From contig JBBQVP010000003.1 of the NCBI GenBank assembly GCA_038211455.1, positions 157 through 64,156 on the forward strand: a stretch of 64,000 nucleotides of DNA, written 5' to 3'. The notes beneath the pieces were generated by a model. The model did not search any database and had not been told where the DNA came from. It saw only the letters and a program-made list of their open reading frames with translations. Source of the DNA: Burkholderiales bacterium (GTDB lineage: Bacteria; Pseudomonadota; Gammaproteobacteria; Burkholderiales; SG8-39). Shown here piece by piece: positions 16,561-26,042 of this stretch. The position numbers and the translations under genes are program-made. Each line of letters starts with the position of its first letter. Positions within the stretch are counted from its first letter, which is position 1.

Positions 16561-17169
16561 CTAGTCCAGCAGCTTCTGCTTCAGCCTCGATAGCGTTTCT
16601 GGCGTCAGGTTGAGATAGGCGGCAAGTTCCTTTTTGGGGATCCGGCCGCTGAGTTCGGGATGCTTTCGCTGGAAGCGCAGCAACCGGCCGGGGGCGTCCA
16701 GAAGGTGCAGGGTGATGGTGTGCGCCATGACCTCGGACATCAGCTTCATGACCTCGTACTCGAAGCGTGACTTGACCTGCTCGTGGCGGTCGAGGAATTC
16801 GACCCAAAGTGGCATGGAGATTTTTGCGGTACGCACTTTCGTGACTCCGACGATCGAGTACGGAACCGGTGTCTTGAGGCGCCAGGCGGCGTAAGAAGTG
16901 TCCATGTCGGTTTCGGCGGCGAAACGCAGGATCATTTCGTGGCCCTCGGAATTGGACACCACCCGCTTCAGCATTCCGTCGAGCACGAAGAACTGCTCCA
17001 TTTCGGTGTCGCCCTGCCGGACCAGCAGTTCTCCCTTGCCGTAATCGGCGATGTCGAGCAACGGCTCCAGTTCGTCCCAGTCGGCCGGCGACATGTCGCC
17101 GAGGACGAGATTCTGCTTGAGCTGCAACCGGACAGTATTGTTTTGCGGGTGGTTCGCGATCGATGCCAT
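16561..17169 (-). CDS. Crp/Fnr-family transcriptional regulator (cNMP-binding-type effector domain + HTH)
   Basis: Beta-roll effector-domain pattern (GELLVRQGDTEMEQFFVLDGMLK). C-terminal HTH IPKKELAAYLNLTPETLSRLKQ carries the Fnr-type E-xx-SR recognition motif. There is no N-terminal Cys cluster. Confidence 0.85.
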   Translation of the reverse strand: MASIANHPQNNTVRLQLKQNLVLGDMSPADWDELEPLLDIADYGKGELLVRQGDTEMEQFFVLDGMLKRVVSNSEGHEMILRFAAETDMDTSYAAWRLKTPVPYSIVGVTKVRTAKISMPLWVEFLDRHEQVKSRFEYEVMKLMSEVMAHTITLHLLDAPGRLLRFQRKHPELSGRIPKKELAAYLNLTPETLSRLKQKLLD

Positions 17170-17215
17170 TGCGGCGGGACGCGTGGGCGGGCCGGGCGCG
17201 TATTTTAGACGAAAA

Positions 17216-17261
17216 AACCTTGACCGCAGTCAAGGTTGCCCGATCGGCGCCTGCCTAACAT
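17216..17261 (+). promoter_or_regulatory. 22-bp perfect palindrome AACCTTGAC-CGCA-GTCAAGGTT (core Crp/Fnr-type box) plus -10-like TAACAT upstream of oxc
   Basis: Core TTGAC-N4-GTCAA at 17220-17233. TAACAT (17256-17261) is centred 32 bp downstream. Located in the divergent crp-oxc intergenic region. Confidence 0.55.
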
Positions 17262-17328
17262 ACCTGCCTACACAAAAAGGCTGGTTCCGGTAGCAGCTCA
17301 TGGTGGTAGCAACGCACAGGAGGCCGCA

Positions 17329-19095
17329 ATGGGTACTGCGGAAACACAAATGACGAGGCATCCAAGCATGACAACCGATGCAGCATCGCAGGAAACTACC
17401 GACGGATTTCACCTCGTCATCGACGCGCTGAAAATCAACGGCATCGATACGATTTTCGGCCTGCCCGGGATACCGATTACCGACTTCGCCCGCAAGGCGC
17501 AGGCTGAGGGCATGCGCGTGATTTCGTTCCGCCACGAGCAGAACGCCGGCAATGCTGCGGCCATCGCGGGTTACATGACGCAGAAGCCCGGGATCTGCCT
17601 GACAGTATCGGCGCCCGGCTTCCTCAACGGCCTGACCGCACTTTCCAATGCGACGACCAACTGTTTTCCGATGATTCTCATCAGCGGGTCCAGCGAACGC
17701 GAGATCGTGGATCTGCAGCAGGGCGACTACGAAGAGATGGACCAGCTGGCAATCGCCAAGCCCCTGTGCAAGGCAGCGTTCCGCGTGCTGCACGCCGAGG
17801 ATATCGGCGTCGGAATCGCGCGCGCGATCCGCGCCGCGGTGTCGGGTCGGCCCGGCGGGGTCTACCTCGACCTGCCCGCCAAGCTATTCGGCCAGGCGAT
17901 GGATGCCGAAGCCGGCAGGAACTCACTTATCAAGGTCGTCGACCCGGCACCGCGGCAGATCCCCGCGCCCGACGCGGTGCAACGCGCGCTCGACCTGCTG
18001 CGTGGCGCCAAGCGCCCGCTGATCCTGCTGGGCAAGGGAGCGGCCTATGCGCAAGCCGATGCCGACATTCGCGCCCTGGTCGAGCGCAGCGGCATTCCTT
18101 ACCTGCCGATGTCCATGGCCAAGGGCCTGCTACCCGACACCCATGAGCAGTCTGCCGCCGCTGCGCGCTCTTATGTGCTGCCTGCGGCCGACGTCGTGAT
18201 GCTCGTCGGCGCGCGGCTGAACTGGCTGCTTTCGCACGGCAAGGGCAAGACCTGGGGCGGCAGGGACCACAAGGCGTGGGGAGGACAGAAGTTCATCCAG
18301 ATCGACATCTCCCCGCAGGAAATGGACAGCAACGTTCGCATCGACGCCCCGCTGGTCGGCGACATCGGCTCGTGCGTCTACGCGCTGCTCGCCGGCCTTG
18401 GGTCGAACTGGTCCAAGCCGCCCGCGGAATGGATCGACGCGATTGCGGAGCGCAAAAACAAGAACCTGGCCAAGATGGCGGAGACGCTTGCCAAGGATCC
18501 GGCGCCGATGAACTTTCACAGCGCACTGAATGTGGTGCGTGACATCGTCAAGGCGAATCCGGATGCGATATTGGTCAACGAAGGTGCCAACGCGCTCGAC
18601 TTCACGCGTAGCATCGTGGATATGTACAAGCCGAGGAAGCGGCTGGACGTCGGCACGTGGGGCATCATGGGAATCGGGATGGGGTTTGCCGTCGCAGCCG
18701 CGGTGGTCAGCCGTCATCCCGTGATCGCGATCGAGGGCGACAGCGCGTTCGGATTCTCTGGCATGGAGGTCGAGACGATCTGCCGTTACAACCTGCCCGT
18801 CTGCGTGGTGATCCTGAACAACAACGGTGTGTATGGTGGCAAGGACGTGAATCCGGCCGGCGGCCCGGACGTCGCGCCTACGGTATTCGTCAAGGGCGCG
18901 CGCTACGATAAGATGATCGAGGCTTTCGGGGGCGTAGGCGCCAACGCCACCACGCCGGCTGAGCTGCGCCGCGCGATGGAAGAGGCGATCCGTTCGGGCA
19001 GGCCCACGCTGATCAATGCCGTGATCGACGAAGCGGCCGGCACCGAAAGCGGGCGCATTACCAGCCTGAATCCGCAAAGCGCGAAAAAGAAGTAG
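17329..19095 (+). CDS. oxc: Oxalyl-CoA decarboxylase (ThDP-dependent)
   Basis: [27 protein letters not shown]-terminal ThDP-enzyme pattern, [31 protein letters not shown] ThDP motif, and adjacency to frc. ATG 17329 is preceded by AGGAGG. Confidence 0.9.
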   Translation: MGTAETQMTRHPSMTTDAASQETTDGFHLVIDALKINGIDTIFGLPGIPITDFARKAQAEGMRVISFRHEQNAGNAAAIAGYMTQKPGICLTVSAPGFLNGLTALSNATTNCFPMILISGSSEREIVDLQQGDYEEMDQLAIAKPLCKAAFRVLHAEDIGVGIARAIRAAVSGRPGGVYLDLPAKLFGQAMDAEAGRNSLIKVVDPAPRQIPAPDAVQRALDLLRGAKRPLILLGKGAAYAQADADIRALVERSGIPYLPMSMAKGLLPDTHEQSAAAARSYVLPAADVVMLVGARLNWLLSHGKGKTWGGRDHKAWGGQKFIQIDISPQEMDSNVRIDAPLVGDIGSCVYALLAGLGSNWSKPPAEWIDAIAERKNKNLAKMAETLAKDPAPMNFHSALNVVRDIVKANPDAILVNEGANALDFTRSIVDMYKPRKRLDVGTWGIMGIGMGFAVAAAVVSRHPVIAIEGDSAFGFSGMEVETICRYNLPVCVVILNNNGVYGGKDVNPAGGPDVAPTVFVKGARYDKMIEAFGGVGANATTPAELRRAMEEAIRSGRPTLINAVIDEAAGTESGRITSLNPQSAKKK

Positions 19096-19157
19096 TTCGA
19101 AAAACCCGCACTCTGGCAGGCTGCCTTCCGCCTGCCGCGGAACTTTTGGAGATACGC

Positions 19158-20429
19158 ATGGAAGCACTGAAAGGGGTTCGCATTCTCGACATGACCCATG
19201 TCCAGGCGGGGCCGACATGCTCGCAACTGCTTGCGTGGATGGGCGCAGACGTCATCAAGTTCGAGCCTCCGCAGGGCGATGCGACGCGGGGCCAGCTTCG
19301 CGACGTGCCGAACGCCGACAGCCTGTATTTCACCATGCTCAACTGCAACAAGCGATCGATCACGGTGAACATGAAGTCTGACGAAGGCAAGCTGGTGTTC
19401 ATCGACCTGCTGAAGAAATGCGACATCATCATGGAGAATTTCGGCCCGGGCGTTCTCGACCGGTTCGGCTTTACCTGGGAGAAGATCCATGAGATCAATC
19501 CAAAAATCGTCATGGGTTCCATCAAGGGCTTCGGTTCCACGGGGCCGTATGCCGAATTCAAGGCGTACGAAAACGTGGCGCAGGCCATGGGCGGAGCGAT
19601 GAGCACGACCGGCGTGCCTGACGGCCCGCCGTTTGTGACTGGCGCGCAGATCGGCGACTCCGGTACCGGCCTGCATCTCGCGATCGGCCTGCTCGCCGCG
19701 CTCCACCAGGCGACTCGCACGGGGGAAGGGCAGTATGTCGAAGTGGCAATGATGGACGGCGTGATGAACCTGTGTCGGGTCAAGTTCCGTGATCACCAGC
19801 GCCTGACCCGCGGTGACCTCACGGAATACTCCGTGCCAACCTACAAGGGCATGGGAGACGTGCCACGCGCCGGCAACGACTCGGGCGGCGGCCAACTGGG
19901 CAACGCCATCCACTGCAAGCCGCACGGCGCAAACGACTGGCTCTACGTGGTGGTCCAGGAGGCGGTCTGGGTGGCGCTCGGAAAGCGCATCGGCCCCGAT
20001 ATCGGCATGCCGGACCTGGCGACCGACCCGCATTTCAGCAGCATTGGGGAGCGGCGCAAGAACCAGCAGCTCATGTGGACACTGATCAACAAGTTTGCCG
20101 AAAAGCACACCAAGCGGGAACTGATGGCGATCCTGAGCCCGCTGGACGTGCCGTGCGGCCCGATCATGTCGACTGAAGACCTGGCAACCGACGAGCATAT
20201 TCGCGGGCGCCAGATGTATGTCGAACTCGACCATCCGCAGCGCGGAAAGTGGTGGAACGTCGGTATGCCGATCAAGCTGTCGGCATCCCCGGCAAAAATC
20301 GAGCGCAGCCCACTGCTCGGCGAGCACACCGAGGAAGTACTGAAAGAGGTGCTCGGCTATGACGATGCGAAGGTCAGCCAGATGAAGAAGGCGGGCGCTT
20401 TTTCCGCTCCACCCAAGCAAGTCGCGTAG
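19158..20429 (+). CDS. frc: Formyl-CoA:oxalate CoA-transferase (class III CoA-transferase)
   Basis: MEALKGVRILDMTHVQAGPTCSQLLAWMGADVIKFEPP closely matches the Frc N-terminus. About 423 aa, immediately downstream of oxc. Confidence 0.92.
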   Translation: MEALKGVRILDMTHVQAGPTCSQLLAWMGADVIKFEPPQGDATRGQLRDVPNADSLYFTMLNCNKRSITVNMKSDEGKLVFIDLLKKCDIIMENFGPGVLDRFGFTWEKIHEINPKIVMGSIKGFGSTGPYAEFKAYENVAQAMGGAMSTTGVPDGPPFVTGAQIGDSGTGLHLAIGLLAALHQATRTGEGQYVEVAMMDGVMNLCRVKFRDHQRLTRGDLTEYSVPTYKGMGDVPRAGNDSGGGQLGNAIHCKPHGANDWLYVVVQEAVWVALGKRIGPDIGMPDLATDPHFSSIGERRKNQQLMWTLINKFAEKHTKRELMAILSPLDVPCGPIMSTEDLATDEHIRGRQMYVELDHPQRGKWWNVGMPIKLSASPAKIERSPLLGEHTEEVLKEVLGYDDAKVSQMKKAGAFSAPPKQVA

Positions 20430-20437
20430 GAGGGCGC

Positions 20438-21370
20438 ATGAAGATCGCAATCATCGGTCAGCAGGATTTCGGCAAGGCGGTACTCGAAGCCTTCCTGGCG
20501 CGCGGTGACACCGTGGCCGGCGTGTTCTGCGCGCCTGAGAAGCCTGGTGCGCGGCCCGACGCCCTCAAAGTGTCGGCGCAGGAAAAGGGCGTGCCTGTGT
20601 TCCAGTTCTCCTCTCTCAAGGCACCGGAGGCGCACGAGAAGCTGAGGGAGCTTGCCGTCGATATCGGGATCATGGCCTTCGTCCTTCAGTTCGCACCGCA
20701 GGAGTTCGTCAAGATTCCGAAGAACGGCACGATCCAATATCACCCGTCGCTGCTGCCGAAGTTTCGCGGCCCGTCTTCGATCAACTGGCCGATCATCAAG
20801 GGTGAGAGTGTCACCGGACTGACGATCTTCCGGCCCAACGACGGGCTGGACGAGGGACCCGTCATTTTGCAGAAGGAGACGCCTGTCGGACCTGACGATA
20901 CCCTGGGGTCGGTCTACTTTGACCGGCTTTTTCCGATGGGCGTGGCGGCAATGCTGGAGGCGGCGGATCTCGTGGTTTCCGGAAAGCATCGCGAACAGAC
21001 CCAGGATGAGTCACTGGCGAGCTATGAAGGCTGGTGCCGCGAGGCGGAGTCGCGTATCAACTGGTCAAGCCACGTTGATTTCGTCTATGACCTGATCCGG
21101 GGTTGCAATCCCGCCCCGGGCTCCTGGACTACGCTGAATGGCGTAAAGCTTCAGGTGTTCGACGCGCGCAAGCACACTGTGCGCACTTTCGGCACGGTCA
21201 AGGGCAAGATCGGCGAGGTTGTGGAAGTCGGTGAAAAAAGCATCACGGTCACCGCGCAAGGCGGACGGATAGAGGTATTCAAGGCAAAACTGGGTGACGG
21301 GAAGAAGATTTCGGCCGCAGAACTTGCCGCCTCGGCAGGTATCAAGCCAGGAACGATCCTCGGCACCTGA
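20438..21370 (+). CDS. Formyltransferase-family protein resembling the N-terminal hydrolase domain of 10-formyl-THF dehydrogenase
   Basis: MKIAIIGQQDFGKAV...; catalytic motif YHPSLLPKFRGPSSINWPII and DGLDEGPV. 310 aa (formyl_trans N + C). Lies 8 nt downstream of frc. Confidence 0.8.
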   Translation: MKIAIIGQQDFGKAVLEAFLARGDTVAGVFCAPEKPGARPDALKVSAQEKGVPVFQFSSLKAPEAHEKLRELAVDIGIMAFVLQFAPQEFVKIPKNGTIQYHPSLLPKFRGPSSINWPIIKGESVTGLTIFRPNDGLDEGPVILQKETPVGPDDTLGSVYFDRLFPMGVAAMLEAADLVVSGKHREQTQDESLASYEGWCREAESRINWSSHVDFVYDLIRGCNPAPGSWTTLNGVKLQVFDARKHTVRTFGTVKGKIGEVVEVGEKSITVTAQGGRIEVFKAKLGDGKKISAAELAASAGIKPGTILGT

Positions 21371-21450
21371 GGCGCTCCTTCGCGCCAATTTCCCGGTCCG
21401 CCAGCGACTTTTGAGGGCAGTCGCCGGCCTACCCATTTTCCCGAAAATAT

Positions 21451-21479
21451 TTGACGGAGCTTACACTTAACTGTAAGAA
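21451..21479 (+). promoter_or_regulatory. Possible sigma70 promoter of the kinase operon (TTGACG-17 nt-TAAGAA)
   Basis: Good -35 at 21451-21456 and a weak -10 at 21474-21479. It would give a ~235-nt leader before ATG 21723. Confidence 0.3.
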
Positions 21480-21548
21480 TGACGATTAGGCTTCTGTTTT
21501 CTGGGGGGTTGTCGGAAGTCGCAATGCTTTTGCAGGGGGAGAGGGCCA

Positions 21549-21596
21549 GAAATGCGCGTTCATATCTGCAGTATCGTGTGCCGAAATGCGCGTTCA
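21549..21596 (+). repeat. 14-nt direct repeat GAAATGCGCGTTCA x2 in the kinase-operon leader
   Basis: Exact copies at 21549-21562 and 21583-21596, 34 nt apart. Confidence 0.7.
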
Positions 21597-21722
21597 GCGT
21601 CGGCCCGCAGATCCTGCTTACGGTTGAATTTACAGGCGATTTTCCTGTATCCGATCGCTTGATACGCGTAAAATTTTCCTGACCCTTCCGCCGACAGCCA
21701 AGAACAAGACCAGGGAGAGCCA

Positions 21723-24356
21723 ATGAAATTCGGCTTCTGGAAGACCGACTGGTTTTTTGGCCTCGTTGTCGCTTTAGTCATGCTGCTCATGAGCAACAGC
21801 GACTTGCTGCAGAGTCTGGAGCGCAAGGCCTACGACATGGGAGTGGTGTCCTCCTCGCGCACCCCGTTCGATCGGGTCGCGGTCATTGCCATCGATGATG
21901 CGTCTATCGCCAACCTTGGGCGCTGGCCTTGGTCGAGGGATATCCACGCCAAGATGACCGATATTCTGGGTGCCGCGAAGGCCAAGGTGATCGGTTATAC
22001 CGTGTTCTTCCCGGAACCGCAGATCGATCCGGGTTACAAGTACATTCTCAAGCTGCTCGAGGCTGCCGGCAGCAGTCCGGCAGCGGTGCAATCTGTTGCG
22101 GGTGCGGCTGTTGCGAACGTCGCGTCAGGGGCCGCGCCTGTTGCCGCGATCGGGGCGACGACAGGCGAACTGGGGCAGTTTGTCTCGCTTCTGCGCGAGG
22201 CAGAGTCCGCCCTGAACACGGATCGCAGGCTCGCGGACAGTTTCGAACGCGCAAGAAACGTGCTGCTGCCGATGTTGTTTACGCTGGGTGAGCCGCGCGG
22301 AAAGCCGGACAAACCTCTGCCCGGATTCGTGACGCGAAACGCGATCGCCGGAAGCTCGGGCGGTGCCGAAGGCAATCTGCCAGTGCCAACGTCCAGCGTC
22401 CAATTCCCCGTCGAAGCCATGGGTACCGCGGTCGTAGGGCTCGGGCATCTGAACGCGATCCCGGATATCGACGGGGCGATTCGCAGCGAGCCACTGGTGC
22501 TTCAGCATTTTGACCAGTACTACCCTTCCCTCTCGATGATGATTGCGGCGCGCAGCCTCAATCTGGGGCCGGCCGATATCAAGATCCGCCTCGGGGAGGG
22601 CGTTACCCTGGGCAAGTTGAGGATCAGCACTGATCCGCTTCTGCAGATGTACACCTATTTCTACAAGGATCGTGACGGAAAGCCCGCGTTCCAGGCCGAC
22701 TCCTTCTACGACGTTTACACGGGCAAGATTGCAGCGCAAAAGTATGCCGACAAGATCGTTCTGATTGGCGCGACTGCGGCCGGCGTGGGGACCACATCGG
22801 TAACGCCGGTATCGCCGGCGATGCCGCCGGTGCTGACACTTGCCCACGCCGTATCGTCGATTTTGCAGGAGCATTTCTTCGTCGCACCCACCTGGGGGTT
22901 CGCGGCCGAAAAGGGGGTATTTCTGCTTATTGCCGCTTACCTCATCCTGGTGCTTCCAAGATTAAAGGCGGGTGCGGGTGCGGCTATAACGGCGGGGATC
23001 CTGGTCACGCTGCTGGTCGTTCATTTCGTGCTGATGACCACACAAGGCATCTGGATCCAGCTGATGGTGCCGTGCGCGCTCCTGCTTGTCGGCCACGTCG
23101 CCCTGATCACCAAGCGATTCATTGTGACTGAGCGGGCCAAGGTGAGGTCGGACGAAAGTTCAGCTGAATCGAATCGGATGCTCGGTCTGGCCTATCAGGG
23201 GCAGGGGCAGCTGGACATGGCGTGGGACAAGTTCCGCCTCGTACCTTTGTCCGACCCGTTGATGGACAATCTCTACAATCTGGCGCTGGATTTCGAGCGC
23301 AAGCGCCAATTTGCGAAGGCGGAAGGGGTGTTTCGCCATATGGCGGGATTCAACCCCAAGTTTCGCGATATCGAAACCAAACTTTCCCGCGCAAAGCAGC
23401 TGTCTGAGACCGTCATACTAGGCGGCTCCTCGGGGGGGCGCACGAACACGAGCATCGTGGGGGAGGGGGCGGGGGCGGAAGAGAAGCCGATGCTCGGCCG
23501 TTACCAGGTCGAAAAGGAACTCGGAAAAGGCGCCATGGGCGTCGTTTATCTTGGCAAGGACCCTAAGATCGGCCGGGTTGTAGCGATCAAGACGATGGCT
23601 CTTTCCCAGGAATTCGAGGCAGACGAGTTGGCCGAGGTGAAGGAACGATTCTTCCGCGAGGCAGAGACCGCCGGCCGGCTGGCGCACCAGAACATCGTCA
23701 CGATTTACGACGCGGGCGAAGAGCACGATCTGGCCTTTATCGCCATGGAACTGCTCAAGGGCGGGGATCTGGCGCCGTTTACCAAGCCGGACAACCTTCT
23801 GCCGATCGACCGCGTGGTCTCGATCATCGCCCGGACCGCAGATGCGCTGGGATACGCGCATAAACAGGCTGTGGTGCACCGGGATATCAAGCCGGCCAAT
23901 ATCATGTACGACCTTGACTCGGATACCGTGAAAGTGACCGATTTCGGGATCGCCAGACTGACGGACAGCTCGAAAACCAAGACCGGGATGGTCCTTGGCA
24001 CCCCCTCTTACATGTCGCCCGAGCAGCTGGCAGGAAAGAAAATCGACGGGAGATCCGACCTTTTCTCACTCTCGGTTAGTCTCTACCAGATGCTCTGTGG
24101 CAAACTCCCGTTTGAGGGAGATTCGATGGTGCAGTTGATGTTCAAGATTGCCAATGAACGTCCCGCCGATATTTTCATGATTAACCGAAATGTTACTCCG
24201 AGCATCGTTGCCTTTCTTGATCGCGCCATGGACAAGGATCCAGATGTCCGCTTCCAGACCGGGGAGGAGTTCGCGGCTGCGCTCCGCGAAGCCGCTGGCG
24301 GCGCCGCACTTCCCACTACCGATACCGCCTCAGGCGGGGTCGACATCCTGCTCTAA
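21723..24356 (+). CDS. CHASE2 sensor-domain Ser/Thr protein kinase (Hanks type)
   Basis: N-terminal CHASE2 pattern (VAVIAIDDASIANLGRWPWSRDIHAKM), three TM helices, a TPR-like linker, and a kinase domain (GKGAMGVVYLG, VAIK, HRDIKPANIM, DFGIA, GTPSYMSPEQ). Confidence 0.9.
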   Translation: MKFGFWKTDWFFGLVVALVMLLMSNSDLLQSLERKAYDMGVVSSSRTPFDRVAVIAIDDASIANLGRWPWSRDIHAKMTDILGAAKAKVIGYTVFFPEPQIDPGYKYILKLLEAAGSSPAAVQSVAGAAVANVASGAAPVAAIGATTGELGQFVSLLREAESALNTDRRLADSFERARNVLLPMLFTLGEPRGKPDKPLPGFVTRNAIAGSSGGAEGNLPVPTSSVQFPVEAMGTAVVGLGHLNAIPDIDGAIRSEPLVLQHFDQYYPSLSMMIAARSLNLGPADIKIRLGEGVTLGKLRISTDPLLQMYTYFYKDRDGKPAFQADSFYDVYTGKIAAQKYADKIVLIGATAAGVGTTSVTPVSPAMPPVLTLAHAVSSILQEHFFVAPTWGFAAEKGVFLLIAAYLILVLPRLKAGAGAAITAGILVTLLVVHFVLMTTQGIWIQLMVPCALLLVGHVALITKRFIVTERAKVRSDESSAESNRMLGLAYQGQGQLDMAWDKFRLVPLSDPLMDNLYNLALDFERKRQFAKAEGVFRHMAGFNPKFRDIETKLSRAKQLSETVILGGSSGGRTNTSIVGEGAGAEEKPMLGRYQVEKELGKGAMGVVYLGKDPKIGRVVAIKTMALSQEFEADELAEVKERFFREAETAGRLAHQNIVTIYDAGEEHDLAFIAMELLKGGDLAPFTKPDNLLPIDRVVSIIARTADALGYAHKQAVVHRDIKPANIMYDLDSDTVKVTDFGIARLTDSSKTKTGMVLGTPSYMSPEQLAGKKIDGRSDLFSLSVSLYQMLCGKLPFEGDSMVQLMFKIANERPADIFMINRNVTPSIVAFLDRAMDKDPDVRFQTGEEFAAALREAAGGAALPTTDTASGGVDILL

Positions 24357-24363
24357 GGCTTGA

Positions 24364-25185
24364 ATGGACCTGACCCAAATACTGGAAATATCGAGCGCCA
24401 CTGATCCCGGGATGGTGCGCTCCCACAATGAGGACTCGATTGCCTCGGATGCGGCCAATGGCCTCGTTGTCTTGGCCGACGGCATGGGAGGCTATAACGC
24501 GGGTGAAGTCGCCAGCGGAATGGCGACCACGGTGATTACCACCGAAATCGCCCAGATCCTTACCAAAGCCCAGCCGTACGAACTGGGTGAGGACAACCAG
24601 ATCCTGGCGACGCGCATTGTTCGTGAGCAGATTCTCAAGGCAAACACATCCATCTACCAGGCGGCTCAAAGCCAGCCACAGTACGCCGGCATGGGTACGA
24701 CCCTGATTGTCTGCCTGTTCTATGACAACAAGCTGATGGTCGGGCATCTGGGCGATTCCCGGGTCTACATGATGCGGGAGGAGAAGTTCAGTCAGGTGAC
24801 GCGCGACCATTCGCTCCTTCAGGAACAGATTGATTCGGGCCTGATTACGGCGGAGCAGGCCAAGACGGCGGCACACAAGAACCTCGTGACGAGGGCGCTT
24901 GGCATCGACCCGCTGGTCGAGCCGGAAATACACGAGTATGACGCGAAGGTAGGCGACATCTATCTGCTGTGCTCCGACGGACTCTGCGACATGGTTTCCG
25001 ACGAGGACATCAGCATGACGTTGTCGATGCTTGGCGGGAATCTAAAGCTTGCGACGCAGCAGCTTGTGCAGATGGCAAATGACAACGGGGGGCGCGATAA
25101 TGTCTCGGTTATACTTGTCAGAGTCCTCAAGGAGTATCCGGCTGCGCGAGGCGCCATGTCCAAGTTTTTCGCGTGGTTAAAATAA
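24364..25185 (+). CDS. PP2C-family Ser/Thr protein phosphatase
   Basis: VLADGMGGYNAGEVAS, GDSRVY, LLCSDGL and GGRDNVSVILV motifs. Lies 7 nt after the kinase gene. Confidence 0.9.
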   Translation: MDLTQILEISSATDPGMVRSHNEDSIASDAANGLVVLADGMGGYNAGEVASGMATTVITTEIAQILTKAQPYELGEDNQILATRIVREQILKANTSIYQAAQSQPQYAGMGTTLIVCLFYDNKLMVGHLGDSRVYMMREEKFSQVTRDHSLLQEQIDSGLITAEQAKTAAHKNLVTRALGIDPLVEPEIHEYDAKVGDIYLLCSDGLCDMVSDEDISMTLSMLGGNLKLATQQLVQMANDNGGRDNVSVILVRVLKEYPAARGAMSKFFAWLK

Positions 25186-25201
25186 CCTTTCGGGGTCCGT
25201 T

Positions 25202-26008
25202 ATGGCGAAACTGATACTCAGCATGGATGGTCTGGTGCTCAAGGAGATTCCTCTGACAAAGGAACGCACCACCATTGGACGCAAACCGCACAATGACATC
25301 CAGATCGACAATCTCGCGGTGAGCGGCGAACATGCAGTGATCGTCACGATCTTGAATGACTCGTTTCTGGAGGACTTGGGAAGCACAAACGGAACACTGG
25401 TCAACGGAAACACGGTCAAGAAGCATTTCCTCCAAAACAACGATGTGGTGGAGCTCGGAAAATACAAGCTTAAATACATCGCGGAACCCGGTGCCGCCCA
25501 GCCGGCTGAAAAGGCCGATTTCGAGAAGACGATGGTGCTCCGCCCGTCCGCCATGCGGGCTGCTGCAGAACAGGCAAAGGCGATGGCCGCGGGAGGCTCC
25601 CAGCCTCAAGCTGCTGAAGCGGCGCGGGTCGCTGCGCTGCAGGCGGTCGGAACAGCAGCCCACGCGGCAGGCACTTCTGAAAAGCCGGGCCCTGCGCCGG
25701 CGGCAGTCCCGGCTGCACCGCCTCCGCCACCGCGCCCCGCGCAGCCGCTGGGTGCGATCCAGATCATTTCCGGGGCCAGCGCGGGCAAGGAACTTGAACT
25801 GACGAAGCCGTTAACCACGCTTGGTAAACCGGGCGTGCAGGTTGCGGTGCTTACGCGTCGTCCGCAGGGCTACTTCATCACCCATGTGGAAGGGGCGACA
25901 CAGCCAAACGTCAATGGCAAGTCCATCGGAACGGCGCCTCACGCGCTCAAGGATCATGACCTGATTGAACTGGCCGGTGTGAAGATGGAATTCTTCATCA
26001 AGTCTTGA
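25202..26008 (+). CDS. FHA-domain protein (N-terminal FHA, Ala/Pro-rich linker, C-terminal FHA-like domain)
   Basis: TIGRKPHNDIQIDNLAVSGEHAVI...GSTNGTLVNG (FHA signature). The second module is TLGKPGVQVAVL...NVNGKSI. Confidence 0.8.
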   Translation: MAKLILSMDGLVLKEIPLTKERTTIGRKPHNDIQIDNLAVSGEHAVIVTILNDSFLEDLGSTNGTLVNGNTVKKHFLQNNDVVELGKYKLKYIAEPGAAQPAEKADFEKTMVLRPSAMRAAAEQAKAMAAGGSQPQAAEAARVAALQAVGTAAHAAGTSEKPGPAPAAVPAAPPPPPRPAQPLGAIQIISGASAGKELELTKPLTTLGKPGVQVAVLTRRPQGYFITHVEGATQPNVNGKSIGTAPHALKDHDLIELAGVKMEFFIKS

Positions 26009-26042
26009 ACCTATCCCGGCTGCAGGCAGCACTCGAGGCCAA

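Noticed and set aside
17216-17237. Interpreting the 22-bp palindrome purely as a rho-independent terminator
   Set aside because: The U-tract is on the minus strand, where the element lies upstream of the crp-like gene and no convergent gene needs terminating. The TTGAC-N4-GTCAA core and the +32 -10 hexamer match the two other boxes. Operator function is therefore preferred, and the terminator-like form is kept only as a secondary note.
21659-21672. TTGAT-ACGC-GTAAA, a near-match to the Crp/Fnr box upstream of the kinase gene
   Set aside because: One half-site is imperfect, and there is no -10-like hexamer at the +32 position seen for the other three boxes.
21479-21682. 67-aa ORF in the kinase-operon leader
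   Set aside because: There is no RBS and no recognisable motif. It spans the direct repeats and is more likely untranslated leader or regulatory RNA.
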